This document shows positions 19,862-30,162 of a stretch of 64,000 nucleotides of DNA, one piece after another. Origin of the DNA: an uncultured delta proteobacterium (lineage in GTDB: Bacteria > Desulfobacterota > Zymogenia > Zymogenales > Zymogenaceae); NCBI GenBank assembly GCA_963735595.1, contig CAVTLK010000005.1, positions 320,001-384,000 of the forward strand, given 5' to 3'. Position 1 is the stretch's first letter; the number at the start of each line of letters is the position of its first letter. The notes beneath the pieces were generated by a model that saw only the letters and a program-made list of their open reading frames with translations, did not search any database and was not told the origin of the DNA. A program made the position numbers and the translations under genes.

Positions 19862-20728
19862 ATGAGCGATATACAGGGGAAAGAACTCCTCGCGGCGATA
19901 CGACACGCGGCCGAGAGCGTGATATGCCCGGACGGAACCACGGTTCGGACAATAGGGCTCGCCGCTGAGCGTGAAATCGCCGATCGGCATCGCGTATCCC
20001 GGCGTGACGTCCAGATAGCCGCGCTTTCCGCGGGGATCGCACCGCGGCGCTACCTGCGTAATCTCGGTACTCTCGGCATGGACGGGCAGATCACGCTCCT
20101 CAGGTCGAAGGTCGCCGTCGTCGGGATCGGGGGGTTAGGAGGGACTATCGCCCGTAACCTCGCCCGGGTGGGGGTAGGCGGCCTGGTCCTGATCGACGGT
20201 GACGTGTTTTCTGAAGATAACCTCAACCGCCAGGAGTTCTCGTCGGAAGATGTCATCGATCGGCCAAAGGTCGAGGTTGCCGCGGGCGAGATCGCTAAGA
20301 TCAACGGGGCGGTCGAGGTGATAGCGATAGAAAAGCGTGTTGACGCCGACGATTTGACCGCACTGCTGCCCGGGTGCGCCGCGGCCGTGGACGCCCTGGA
20401 CAGCATCCCGTCCCGGTTTGCGCTCTCGGATGCCGCAACGGCCGCAGGCGTCCCGCTGGTCCACGGCTCGGTGGCGGGGTTTGCGGGGCAGGTCGCCGTG
20501 ATAGGGCCCGCGGCCGGCGGGTTTGCCGCAATCTTCGGGAATCGGGAGGGCCTTCCCGAGAAGGGCGTCGAGGTTTCACTCGGAAACCTGCCGGGGGTCG
20601 TGGGAACGGTGGCAAATATCCAGACCGTGGAGGTAATCAAGATCCTGACGAACAGGGGAGAGCCGATCAGCGGCCGGCTCCTCTTCATGGACCTGGAGAG
20701 CGTTATATTTGACCTCTTTGATATATAG
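19862..20728 (+). CDS. ThiF/MoeB/HesA-family adenylyltransferase
   Basis: RYLRN, VGIGGLGG, IDGDVFSEDNLNRQ, DALD motifs. Confidence 0.9.
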   Translation: MSDIQGKELLAAIRHAAESVICPDGTTVRTIGLAAEREIADRHRVSRRDVQIAALSAGIAPRRYLRNLGTLGMDGQITLLRSKVAVVGIGGLGGTIARNLARVGVGGLVLIDGDVFSEDNLNRQEFSSEDVIDRPKVEVAAGEIAKINGAVEVIAIEKRVDADDLTALLPGCAAAVDALDSIPSRFALSDAATAAGVPLVHGSVAGFAGQVAVIGPAAGGFAAIFGNREGLPEKGVEVSLGNLPGVVGTVANIQTVEVIKILTNRGEPISGRLLFMDLESVIFDLFDI

Positions 20729-20736
20729 GGAGCATA

Positions 20737-21228
20737 ATGAAACGAAAAATTGCGTATGGCCTGTTTATTCTGCTCATTGCCGTGATTGCCGTTTCGTGTG
20801 TCAGGGTAAATCCGCAGGCAGAAGACGCCGACGCCGCCCTCAACTACGGCAAGGCGCTCATGAACGAGGGGAAAACGGCCCTGGCGATCGTCGAGTTCAA
20901 GAAGGCGCTGGCCTTCTTCAACGAGGCCGGTTACACGTATAGCGCTTTTGCCGTCTATCCCTACATCGCGCGGGGGTACTATCTGTCGGGCGACCGGGAC
21001 GAGGCCGTTGAGGTCTACTTTGAGGGACTGGACTTCGCAGCCAACCACTTAAGCGAGGTACGCGGGACCGATATTGCCGACACCATGCGGGAGCTGGCCG
21101 GGCTGTTGGTCGAGGCCGGCCGGCCGGACGAGGCGCGTAATCTCCTGATGGACGCGGCCGAGTTCTACAAACAGGCGGACAATTACGAGAAGTTCAACGA
21201 GGTGATTCAGCAGCTCAACGAGCTGTAG
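20737..21228 (+). CDS. TPR-like lipoprotein
   Basis: Lipobox AVSC followed by TPR-like helical repeats. Confidence 0.7.
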   Translation: MKRKIAYGLFILLIAVIAVSCVRVNPQAEDADAALNYGKALMNEGKTALAIVEFKKALAFFNEAGYTYSAFAVYPYIARGYYLSGDRDEAVEVYFEGLDFAANHLSEVRGTDIADTMRELAGLLVEAGRPDEARNLLMDAAEFYKQADNYEKFNEVIQQLNEL

Positions 21229-21470
21229 TCTTTCGGACGAACCCCGTCAGTGCGGTGAGACAACCTGGGCCCCCCGCCTGCGCTATCTTCGGGATCGCAG
21301 GGTGTGATGCTATCGGTCGGTACTTTTGAGCGGCGGGATAGGCTTACCGCAGAATTTACACTGCACGGTGTCTCGTATCCTGCTTGGGGCAACGATCTGG
21401 TCTCTCTTACAGGCAGGACACTTCCTCTTATATTGCAGCAGTGAGCCAATGATTATCTGATAGAGCGGAT

Positions 21471-23486
21471 TCATCTCTTATCCTTCTTATGGGCCGCGGC
21501 CGATAGGATATGCCGGACCGCCGTAAAGGCTGCAGGATCTCCCAGCGTGACCAGCACATCGCGAACGGAAAGCATCGTATTCCCATCGGGATTTGACATG
21601 GTCCTACCACCCCGCCTGACCGCCAGCACCGTTAGCCCGTACTTCTTGCGGAGATCGAGCTCGGCGAGCGTCTTGCCGGCGATGGAACCCTCCGCACTCA
21701 CCGTAAATATCCTGATGTCAGCGTGTGGGACTAGATCCTTATATGCGTAGAATTGATCGCTGTCAATCGACAGGCTTCTGAACATCCGATATCCGTCGGA
21801 ACGCACGGTATCGACGAGTTCGGCTATCGTCTTTTTAGGAACGTTGAACCGGTCCAGGACCCGCGTAAAAATCTCCACCGACGTCTCAAACTCCTCCGGG
21901 ATCACCTCGTCTGCACCCAATTCAAAGAGCGGGACCGTCTCTAAAATAAACCTGGTGCGGGCGATGATATAGGCCGATCCGTTAAGCCTGCGGGCGGCCG
22001 CGACGATTCCCCTCGTGGCCGCCGCGTCATAGATCACTACGACGACCGCGTTTGCCCTGGCAATTCCGGCGTGTTCAAGTACAGCCTGATTGGTTGCATC
22101 CCCGTAGTAGATCGGCTCCCCCTTCGCCTTTTCGTCACGCACCGTTTCGGGATTCATCTCGATTATTATGTAGGGAATCCCCACCTCCCTTGTGGACCTC
22201 GCAACATTTCTCCCGTTTACCCCAAAACCGATTATGATCAGGTGATCGCGCAGCGCTAAGCGTCCCGCCGTGTCCGTGGCATAGGCTGCCGGTCGGAAGC
22301 CTATCCTAAAAATTTCTGGCAATGGGATCTTCGCCCCTATATCGGCAAGCCCGGGGGAGGCCATGACTAAAAACGGCGCCAGGATCATGGTGACGATGGA
22401 AACGCTCAGGAAGAGATGGTAACTATCCACCGATATCAGGCCGGTCTCGATACCGGTTTTAGACAGCACGAACGCGAATTCCCCTATCTGGCAGAGCGAA
22501 AGGCCAACGAGTGCAGCAACCCGGGCGGGCAGCCCGAGAAGCAGCACGGATACTCCGCCGACCGCGGCCTTGACAAATACTATGATCATGACCAACAGCA
22601 CAACTAGTCCGATATGATCGATGAGGTGTTGGGTATCGAGTAACATCCCGACGGAGACGAAAAAGAAACTGGTGAAAACGTCCCTAAAAGGAAGTATGTT
22701 GCCGAGGGCCTGAAAACTGTAATCCGAATTCGATATGATCAGGCCGGCCAGGAATGCGCCGAGCGCCAGCGTCAGGCCGACGGCGTGCGTGAGCCATGCG
22801 ACCGAGAGGCAGATCAATACAACGCTGAGCATAAAAAGCTCGCGGCTACGCGTCCGGGTGACCTGATAGAGCAGCCTCGGGAGGATCCATTTGGCAAGGA
22901 CGAACGTTAGCACAATAACGACAAACGCCTTGAGCGCAAATGTCAGAAGGCCGCTTGCGACATTTCCACCGATGCCGGCAAGGACCGGTGAAAAGAGCAT
23001 CATGGGGACGACGGCGATATCCTGGAATATCAGAATACCGATAATGGTACGGCCGTGAGGGCTATCCACCTCGGCCCGGTCTTGGAGGAGCTTGAGGACA
23101 ATTGCCGTGCTGCTCAACGAAGCCAGGAAGCCGAAAAAAACGGCGTTTTCCCGCGGCAGCCCTGTGAACCTGAGAAGGAGGCCAACGGCAAGGATAGTCA
23201 GACAAACCTGGAGGAACCCGCCGACGATTACGCTCCCTCCGATGCGTACCAGGTTCTTTATCGAGAACTCGATGCCAAGGGTAAGAAGGAGCAGCACAAC
23301 CCCGATTTCTGCTAAAACGTTAACTTCTTTCAGGCCGGTTATCAGGGAGAGTCCGTACGGGCCGATGATGATCCCGGTCAGCAATAGACCGACGACTGCC
23401 GGAACGTAGAGCCTGTTACAGATAAACAGGACGAGAACCGACATACCCAGGACGATGACAATATCGGTGAGCAGAAAGATCTCCAT
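21471..23486 (-). CDS. CPA2 / Kef-type cation:proton antiporter with TrkA-N and TrkA-C domains
   Basis: Many TM helices, LSSTAIV, FQDI, ALGAFLAG; IIIGFGVNG Rossmann motif; C-terminal RCK_C. Confidence 0.93.
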   Translation of the reverse strand: MEIFLLTDIVIVLGMSVLVLFICNRLYVPAVVGLLLTGIIIGPYGLSLITGLKEVNVLAEIGVVLLLLTLGIEFSIKNLVRIGGSVIVGGFLQVCLTILAVGLLLRFTGLPRENAVFFGFLASLSSTAIVLKLLQDRAEVDSPHGRTIIGILIFQDIAVVPMMLFSPVLAGIGGNVASGLLTFALKAFVVIVLTFVLAKWILPRLLYQVTRTRSRELFMLSVVLICLSVAWLTHAVGLTLALGAFLAGLIISNSDYSFQALGNILPFRDVFTSFFFVSVGMLLDTQHLIDHIGLVVLLVMIIVFVKAAVGGVSVLLLGLPARVAALVGLSLCQIGEFAFVLSKTGIETGLISVDSYHLFLSVSIVTMILAPFLVMASPGLADIGAKIPLPEIFRIGFRPAAYATDTAGRLALRDHLIIIGFGVNGRNVARSTREVGIPYIIIEMNPETVRDEKAKGEPIYYGDATNQAVLEHAGIARANAVVVVIYDAAATRGIVAAARRLNGSAYIIARTRFILETVPLFELGADEVIPEEFETSVEIFTRVLDRFNVPKKTIAELVDTVRSDGYRMFRSLSIDSDQFYAYKDLVPHADIRIFTVSAEGSIAGKTLAELDLRKKYGLTVLAVRRGGRTMSNPDGNTMLSVRDVLVTLGDPAAFTAVRHILSAAAHKKDKR

Positions 23487-23739
23487 GAAACCGCCTCGAA
23501 ATGCCCCGGCGGGACCGGCGCGCCGGTAAGGGTTACCCGCAGGGTGAGGAAGTAAATTGCGAACGCGTCATGTTAATCGGCGGTAACGGCACTATATATA
23601 ATGTCATCCCTCGTCGGCGGGGATAGGCCGGTTACCGGAGGGCTCGTATCGCTGAGAAGGCCGCAATTCGATACGATGGTGAAGAGGGACTGTAAATAAC
23701 CGACAAAGCAGGCCGGTTTCTCCGCAAAAAGCCATTCCG

Positions 23740-25205
23740 CTACGCGTCGTCCTCTATACCGCAGAGCTTCTTGGCCCGCTTCTGCTTTTTCTCGATGTCG
23801 GCAAGGCGGGCGATCATGATTCGCTGCGCCTGGGGCGAGCCGGCGCCGTGCATCGATTCGGTCAGGTATCCGACCGCGGCGGAACCCATGGTGATGTTTT
23901 CGATCAGCCGCAGGATGCGCATCCGGTTCTCCGTCGGAGACGTCGGCGCGTGGCCCGGAAGTATTTTTCGATCCACTTGCCCGCCTCCGGCGAAGCGAAA
24001 GTCCTCCTCCGAGGGCAGGGTGACCATCAGGCCGCCGGCGATATCCTGGGCGAGGCGGGCGATCTCGTAGGGGAACCGGGTGACGTTCTGCTTGTAGACG
24101 TTGGCCAGCAGCGTATCGACGCAGTAGGTGCCGCTGGGCTCCGGCTGCCCTCCGAGGCGCAGGCGATAGCAGCCGCAATAGAGCGTCTCGTTGAGGTGGT
24201 TCATCTCGATGATCTTGTCCTTGACGTGCGAGGCCTTGGCGGCGCCGTTGTATCTCGGCGATCGTCTGGGTCGCGCCGATCAGCACGTCGCCGACGCCCA
24301 CCTTGCAGGCGTAGCTCTGGCGGTGATAGGAGGCGAATTGCTCCACGAGCTGGCCCGGCAAACTCATACTCCCGGTACATGAAGACCCTCTCCCAGGGGA
24401 CGAAGACGTCGTCGAAGACGCACCAGGGCCTCATGACCGCCGTAGATCAGGTTGCCGCGGTCGATGCGTGCCCTCTTCGAGTTTGCGGGTGTCGCAGGAT
24501 TGGCGGCCGATGATATAGGTGATGCCCTCGCGTATCGCTGGGCACGGCAAAGGAGACCGCATAGTCCTCGTCCTCCTCTCGCATGCGTGAGGGTCGGCAT
24601 GACGATGATCTCATGGGAGTTGACCGCGCCGGTCTGGTGGGCCTTGGCGCCGCGCACCACGATGCCGTCTTTTCGTCTCCTCCACCACGTGCAGAACAGG
24701 TCCGGGTCCGTCTGCTTGTGGGGCGCGAGGCACCGGTCGCCCTTGGGGTCGGTCATGGCGCCGTCGCAGACCAGGTCGTTTTCCTGCACGTAAGCCAGGA
24801 ATTTCAGGAAGCGCTCGTTGTACTTGGTGCCGTACTTGGCGTCGATGTCATAGGTGACGATGGAAAGGGCGTTGAGCGCGTCCATTCCGACGCAGCGCTG
24901 AAAGCAGCAGGCCGGTGTGCGACCCGAGGAGCCGGCCCATCTTGCTCTTGTTGACCAGGTCGTCGGTGCTCTGATGAATGTGAGTAGAAGCGGTTGATCT
25001 TTTTGCCGGTGAGATGCGACATGGCGGTCATCATCTCCGCGGTATTCGGGCCGTGCGGCCAGGTCGTAGGTGGCGGCCACGGCGTTCATCGAGGGCCGGA
25101 TGATCGGGTCGTCCACCACGTTTGTCACCGCTTGCCGAACATGTAGACGACGAGCTTGAGCTTTCGCAGGCTCTCCTCGTAAGACTGGGCGTCCATCATA
25201 GCCAC
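23740..25205 (-). pseudogene. abfD: 4-hydroxybutyryl-CoA dehydratase (AbfD) with many frameshifts (probably sequence errors)
   Basis: Pieces in three frames: YEESLRKL..VYMFG, CFQRCVGMDA, GAMTDPKGDR, RGAKAHQTG, YHRQSYACKVGVGDV, KQNVTRFPYEI, TESMHGAGSPQAQR. Confidence 0.9.
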
Positions 25206-25216
25206 GGCCGTTTCCC

Positions 25217-26167
25217 TTATTTCATGTCGTCGTATGAGTAGTCAATCACGCGGTACGCCTTGACGTTCGTGCGGACCTTATACATTTCGAAAAAGACATC
25301 GGGCACTTTCTGCCAGGTGTCGTTCATGCCGGAGACGAGCTTCTTCATGTCCTCGCCGGTTATGATACCTGTCAAGAACCGCTTGAAGATCGTAAAACGC
25401 AGCTCCAAAAATCCCCCCGCGTTGGTCGTCAGGATCAACGTCGACGGGTTTCCCGCCCGCATCTTGAGCAGCTCCTTCATGAAGTGCCCCTTGCTAGTGC
25501 ATGAGAGCGCCACGATAACCTGGTAGCCCGGATAGGGGACGACCTTGTCAAGGTCCTCGGTACTCCCCTTGAGGATGTAGTAGCCGCCCGATTCGCCGAT
25601 GACCTTGCCCACGTAGCCGTGCATCTGGTTTTTCGGTATCTTGACGTTGTCCGCCTGCATCAGGAACGGCTCGTCCAGTCCCTGCTCGTGCAGCGCCCAG
25701 CCGTTGCCGTAACGGGAATGGGAATAGACGAAGATAACCTCCCGCTCGTTGAAGGCTTTTAACAGCTGTTCCTTGTTGGTGACCACCGTCGCATCAATGA
25801 TGATTTTTTTGCCGTAGATGGTCACGGGGATTTTCGCATCCCGGACTTCGACGTCAAGCACACCGCCGCCTCCCTTCTCGTCATAGATCTTGTTGACCAG
25901 GTCCTCCGTGCCGACGCACAGGGCGACGCTGAGGATACCGTCGCCCATGAGGGCGTGCCAGTAGGGCGGCAGGGTCGCCGGCGGCTCCGCCGGGAGTGTC
26001 GGCAGTAGCGGTTCGAGAGCCTGGTCGATAATGTAGTTGATAAAGACGCCGTACAGCGGCGTATAGGGGGGGATCGCCGCTTCCGTGGGGACGGTCGCGC
26101 AGCCGGCGAGGACCAGAAGCGCAGAAAGAAGAATGACGGCACGCAGGTTTTTGTGTCTCTTTTTCAT
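25217..26167 (-). CDS. Hypothetical lipoprotein, possible His/Cys (clan CD-like) peptidase fold
   Basis: Lipobox LAGC; IFVYSHSRYG and VIVALSCTS motifs. Confidence 0.65.
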   Translation of the reverse strand: MKKRHKNLRAVILLSALLVLAGCATVPTEAAIPPYTPLYGVFINYIIDQALEPLLPTLPAEPPATLPPYWHALMGDGILSVALCVGTEDLVNKIYDEKGGGGVLDVEVRDAKIPVTIYGKKIIIDATVVTNKEQLLKAFNEREVIFVYSHSRYGNGWALHEQGLDEPFLMQADNVKIPKNQMHGYVGKVIGESGGYYILKGSTEDLDKVVPYPGYQVIVALSCTSKGHFMKELLKMRAGNPSTLILTTNAGGFLELRFTIFKRFLTGIITGEDMKKLVSGMNDTWQKVPDVFFEMYKVRTNVKAYRVIDYSYDDMK

Positions 26168-26367
26168 AGTGATGCAGTCGCCTTTCTGAATGGTGGAGCG
26201 GTTTACATAATCTTCCTTTCAACCCGTTTTGTCCGGGAGCCGGAGCTGACCGGAAAATAAAAAACCTTTTTTTTGAAAAGGTAATCTGCTACTATTGTAG
26301 GGTGTTTGCCCCGACGTGTCAAGGGCGAGTTTTACACCCCATCCGATATTGATAAGGGAGGATTCAG

Positions 26368-27426
26368 GTGAGGCGTGCCGTCATATATGTCGTCGGTTCG
26401 TTACTGATATGGTGCATGTCTTCCTGCGCCGGCTTTTCCGGGGAAGTGCTGCCGGTGGCCGATGCCGAGGGGTCGCTGGGGATTACTCCACCGGAGATCA
26501 CGCTGGTCGCCGTGGGGGACATCAACCTGGGGCGAAAGGCCGGGCGGATCATCCTTGCCGGGGACGTGGACTACGCCTTTGCCAAGACACGCGACATCAT
26601 CTCGGCGGCCGATATCGCCTTCGGCAATCTCGAGAGCACCATCTCGGAGCAGAACGGGGTCACGCAAAACGGCGTCTGGTGCTTCACCGCCCCGCCGGTT
26701 GCCGCCGAGACACTGGCCAACGCCGGGTTCGACGTGGTGTCGCTTGCCAACAACCACGTCTGGGACTTCGGCAAGCGGGCGCTGCTCGAAACTCCCGGGC
26801 ACCTGGATACGGTCGGTATCAAGAACGCCGGCACGGGTGAAAACCTCGACGCGGCCCTTGCCCCAGCGATCATCGATATCAAGGGGACGCGGATCGCCTT
26901 CTTTTCGGCGACCCGGATCTTCAATTTCGGGGGGGCGGAGCACGAGGCGTTCACCTATACGGCCTGGGCCGACATGGAACATTTACGCCCGGCCATCGAA
27001 AAGGTGCGGGGAGACGTCGACCTTGTCATCGTGGCGGCCCACTGGGGCGCGGAATACCAGGACCGGCCCGCCGACGAGACCGTAGCGTTTGCCCACGAGA
27101 TGGTGGACGCCGGCGCCGACGTCATACTCGGGGGGCATCCGCACGTCCCCCAGGGTATCGAGCGCTACAACAACGGATTTATCATCTACTCGCTGGGCAA
27201 TTTTGCCTATCACCAGACCACCGAGCACTCTGTCTGGAAGACCCGGAGCGTCATCCTGAAGCTGACCCTGACAAAAGACGGGGTGAAATCGTACGAGATG
27301 ATCCCGGTGACCTGCGGTTTTCAACCGGCCGTCGCCGAGGGGGAGTTGGCCTCCGAGATACTGGCCCACATGGCAAAGATATCGGCATATTTTGATAAGC
27401 CCGCGGAAGCCGGAAAAGGGCAATAG
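26368..27426 (+). CDS. CapA/PgsA-family metallophosphoesterase lipoprotein
   Basis: VGDI, GNLE, SLANNH.WDFG, HWG.EY, GGHPHV.Q, YSLGNF. Confidence 0.93.
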   Translation: MRRAVIYVVGSLLIWCMSSCAGFSGEVLPVADAEGSLGITPPEITLVAVGDINLGRKAGRIILAGDVDYAFAKTRDIISAADIAFGNLESTISEQNGVTQNGVWCFTAPPVAAETLANAGFDVVSLANNHVWDFGKRALLETPGHLDTVGIKNAGTGENLDAALAPAIIDIKGTRIAFFSATRIFNFGGAEHEAFTYTAWADMEHLRPAIEKVRGDVDLVIVAAHWGAEYQDRPADETVAFAHEMVDAGADVILGGHPHVPQGIERYNNGFIIYSLGNFAYHQTTEHSVWKTRSVILKLTLTKDGVKSYEMIPVTCGFQPAVAEGELASEILAHMAKISAYFDKPAEAGKGQ

Positions 27427-27552
27427 ACGTGCGCACGATAAAGCCGCAGCTGCGTGAGTGAGGCCGTTCGTATCGGATTGGCCGGCAACGGCGCACCGCG
27501 GTGTAACCGTCGAGCGAGATTCACCGAACAAGCTTCGCGGAGAGGATGATCT

Positions 27553-29985
27553 ATGGCCGAAGAGAAATACTACCTCGGCAGGGTCTTTGACCCCCACAAG
27601 AACGAACTGAGCGACAAGCCCGTCCTTATGGACGGCCGCGACCTGACCACCCACGGCGTGATCGTGGGGATGACCGGCAGCGGCAAGACGGGGCTGGCCG
27701 TTGGATTGATCGAAGAGGCGGTGCTCGCGGGCATCCCGTGCCTCGTGATCGACCCCAAGGCGGAGATGGGAAACCTCCTGCTGTCGTTCCCGAACCTGAG
27801 CCCGTCCGATTTTGTTCCCTGGATCGACCCCGCCGAGGCCGAGCGCAAGGGCAAGACGCCGGAGGCCTTTGCCGCCGACACCGCCGAGGCATGGAAGAAG
27901 GGGCTTGCCGAGTGGGGGATCGACGGGGAGCGGATCAAGCGCTACAAGGATGCGGCCGATTTCGTTGTCTATACCCCCGGCAGCACCGCGTCCGTCCCGA
28001 TCAACGTCCTCAACTCGTTTCAGGTCCCGCGGGGAGAGATAAAGAAGGACGAGGAGGCCGTCCTCGAGCTGATCACCGGGTCGGTCTCGGCGCTGCTTTC
28101 GCTCATCGGCATCGAGGCCGATCCCATCACGAGCCGCGATCATATCCTGCTCTCGAAGATCTGGGAAGACTCCTGGTCGCGGGACCAGGACCTCAACCTG
28201 GAAAAGATCATCACCTTCATTCAGGACCCGCCGCTGCAGCGGGTGGGGGTCTTCGAGCTGGAGGGGTTTTATCCCCGGGCCGAGCGGATGAAGCTCGCGA
28301 TGGCGCTCAACAACGTCGCCGCGTCCCCGTCGTTTGCCGGGTGGCGCAAGGGTGCGCCGCTGGATATCGATTTCTTTCTCAAGCCCCGCGGCGATAAGCC
28401 GGGGGTGTCGGTCTTCTATATCTCCCACCTCTCGGACCAGGAGCGGGAGTTTTTCGTGACGCTCCTTTTATGGCGGCTGATTACCTGGATGCGGGCGCAG
28501 CAGGGGTCGGCGCGGCTGAGGGCGCTGGTCTATATCGATGAGGCCGTGGGACTGCTTCCTCCCTACCCGAAAGACCCGCCCACCAAGCGGCCGATCATGA
28601 CGCTGTTCAAGCAGGCGCGTGCCTACGGCATCGGAATGGTGCTGGCGACGCAGAACCCGGTGGATATCGACTACAAGGTGCTGACCAACGCCGGTACCTG
28701 GTTTATCGGCAGGCTGCAGACCAAGAACGACAAAGAGCGGGTAATGGAGGGCCTCACCGCGGCCTCCAAGGGGGGGGTGCCCGCCGCCACGCTCGACGAT
28801 ATGATCTCGGCGCTCGCCCCGAGGGTCTTTATGCTCCATAACGTCCGGGAAGATTCCGTTACCCATTTCAGGACGCGCTGGGCCATGAACTACCTGCGCG
28901 GGCCGATCGGAAAGGAGCGGCTCAAGGACCTGCCCTCGGCGCCGGTCGCCGCGGGCGCCGGGAAAGAGGACCGGGAGACAACGGTACCCGGCCCGGAGAG
29001 GGTGGCCGTGGGGACGGCCGCCGTCGCGGCCGGCGCGACGGTGCTGTCTATGGCGCCCGACGTGGGCCTTAAGAACTGCTATCTTTCGCCCCGGAGCGCC
29101 GCCTACCCGACCTTCTCCCGGCTGGTTCCCATAGAAAAGACGTCCGACCAGCACGGCTTTCGGTTCGTGCCGGCGCTGGCGGCCAGGGCGCAGGCACGGT
29201 TTGACGACCCGGCGGCCAAGGTGGCCGTGAGCCAGGCGATCACGCGGGTGCTCTTCCCGCTTACTGACGGGCGCATCGGGTGGGAGAAATCGGTGGATCT
29301 GGGTGGGGACTCGGAATTCCTCGAGGATAACCCGGTCTCCCGTGATCAGGTCGCTGGTTTCATGCCGCTGCCGAAATGGCTGACAACCAGGGACGAGGTA
29401 AAGAAGCTCTCGGCCGATTTCGTTAACTATATCAACGCGTCTCTTACGCTTGACCTGTTCAGATGTCCCGCATTATCGCTGTTTTCCACGATTGGGGAGT
29501 CAAAAGAGGCGTTCCTGGCGAGGTGTGCCGCCCTGGCCGACGAGGCGGCGGCGCGCGAGGTCGAGAAGATCACCAAGAACTATCGGAACAAGATCGAGGC
29601 GCTCCGGCTCAAGATACAAAAGGAAGAGCGGGAGCTTTCGATCCGCGAGCTGGATTACGGTGAGCGAAAGCGGGACGAGCTGATCTCTGCCGGCGCGAGC
29701 GTCCTGGGGCTTGTCTTCGGCAGGAAGGGCCTGTCGGGGATCACCCGGGCCTCCGGCAAGCGGATGATGACGGTAAAATCCAAGGCGAGGCTGGAAGATG
29801 CCGAGGCCGAAATCAAGGAGCTCAACGCGCAGCTGACCGAGCTCTCCGACGAGCTCAACGGCACGGTTTCGACCATCAGCGACAGGAAAAAGAAGGAGGT
29901 CTCGGAGGTCGAGAAGGTCAGAATCCCGCTGGAAAAGAGCGACGTCCTGTTTTCCGACCTTACAATTTTGTGGGTGCCGGTGTAG
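27553..29985 (+). CDS. HerA/FtsK-superfamily ATPase (DUF87/DUF853-like) with C-terminal coiled coil
   Basis: THGVIVGMTGSGKT Walker A, VYIDEA Walker B, LFKQARAYGIGMVLATQNP. Confidence 0.88.
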   Translation: MAEEKYYLGRVFDPHKNELSDKPVLMDGRDLTTHGVIVGMTGSGKTGLAVGLIEEAVLAGIPCLVIDPKAEMGNLLLSFPNLSPSDFVPWIDPAEAERKGKTPEAFAADTAEAWKKGLAEWGIDGERIKRYKDAADFVVYTPGSTASVPINVLNSFQVPRGEIKKDEEAVLELITGSVSALLSLIGIEADPITSRDHILLSKIWEDSWSRDQDLNLEKIITFIQDPPLQRVGVFELEGFYPRAERMKLAMALNNVAASPSFAGWRKGAPLDIDFFLKPRGDKPGVSVFYISHLSDQEREFFVTLLLWRLITWMRAQQGSARLRALVYIDEAVGLLPPYPKDPPTKRPIMTLFKQARAYGIGMVLATQNPVDIDYKVLTNAGTWFIGRLQTKNDKERVMEGLTAASKGGVPAATLDDMISALAPRVFMLHNVREDSVTHFRTRWAMNYLRGPIGKERLKDLPSAPVAAGAGKEDRETTVPGPERVAVGTAAVAAGATVLSMAPDVGLKNCYLSPRSAAYPTFSRLVPIEKTSDQHGFRFVPALAARAQARFDDPAAKVAVSQAITRVLFPLTDGRIGWEKSVDLGGDSEFLEDNPVSRDQVAGFMPLPKWLTTRDEVKKLSADFVNYINASLTLDLFRCPALSLFSTIGESKEAFLARCAALADEAAAREVEKITKNYRNKIEALRLKIQKEERELSIRELDYGERKRDELISAGASVLGLVFGRKGLSGITRASGKRMMTVKSKARLEDAEAEIKELNAQLTELSDELNGTVSTISDRKKKEVSEVEKVRIPLEKSDVLFSDLTILWVPV

Positions 29986-30011
29986 AATATACTTGTTTTT
30001 CTTATTGCGTA

Positions 30012-30133
30012 TGGTATACTAAGAATAAGGAAACGAGGAGAGTACAAGCGAAACGCTATTACGCATCACACATAGTTTCCGGTTCTTGGACAGTTTGAAT
30101 GACTGATGGGTGGTTCTGTCACCCATTTTTTTT
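30012..30133 (+). ncRNA. Candidate small RNA or attenuating leader
   Basis: Extended -10 TGGTATACT at 30012-30020; GGAAAC...GTTTCC stem, AGCG-AAA-CGCT hairpin, terminator ATGGGTGG...TCACCCAT plus T-run. Confidence 0.4.
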
Positions 30134-30162
30134 ACGCACAATCCCCGGAGGGGAAAACACAT

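Noticed and set aside
23490..23735. c-di-AMP or other riboswitch upstream of the Kef-type antiporter
   Set aside because: No recognisable consensus motifs or terminator by eye
25120..25135. TGA early in abfD as selenocysteine
   Set aside because: It arises from a one-base indel (CGG GTG to CGG TGA); homology continues in another frame and the position is not a Cys
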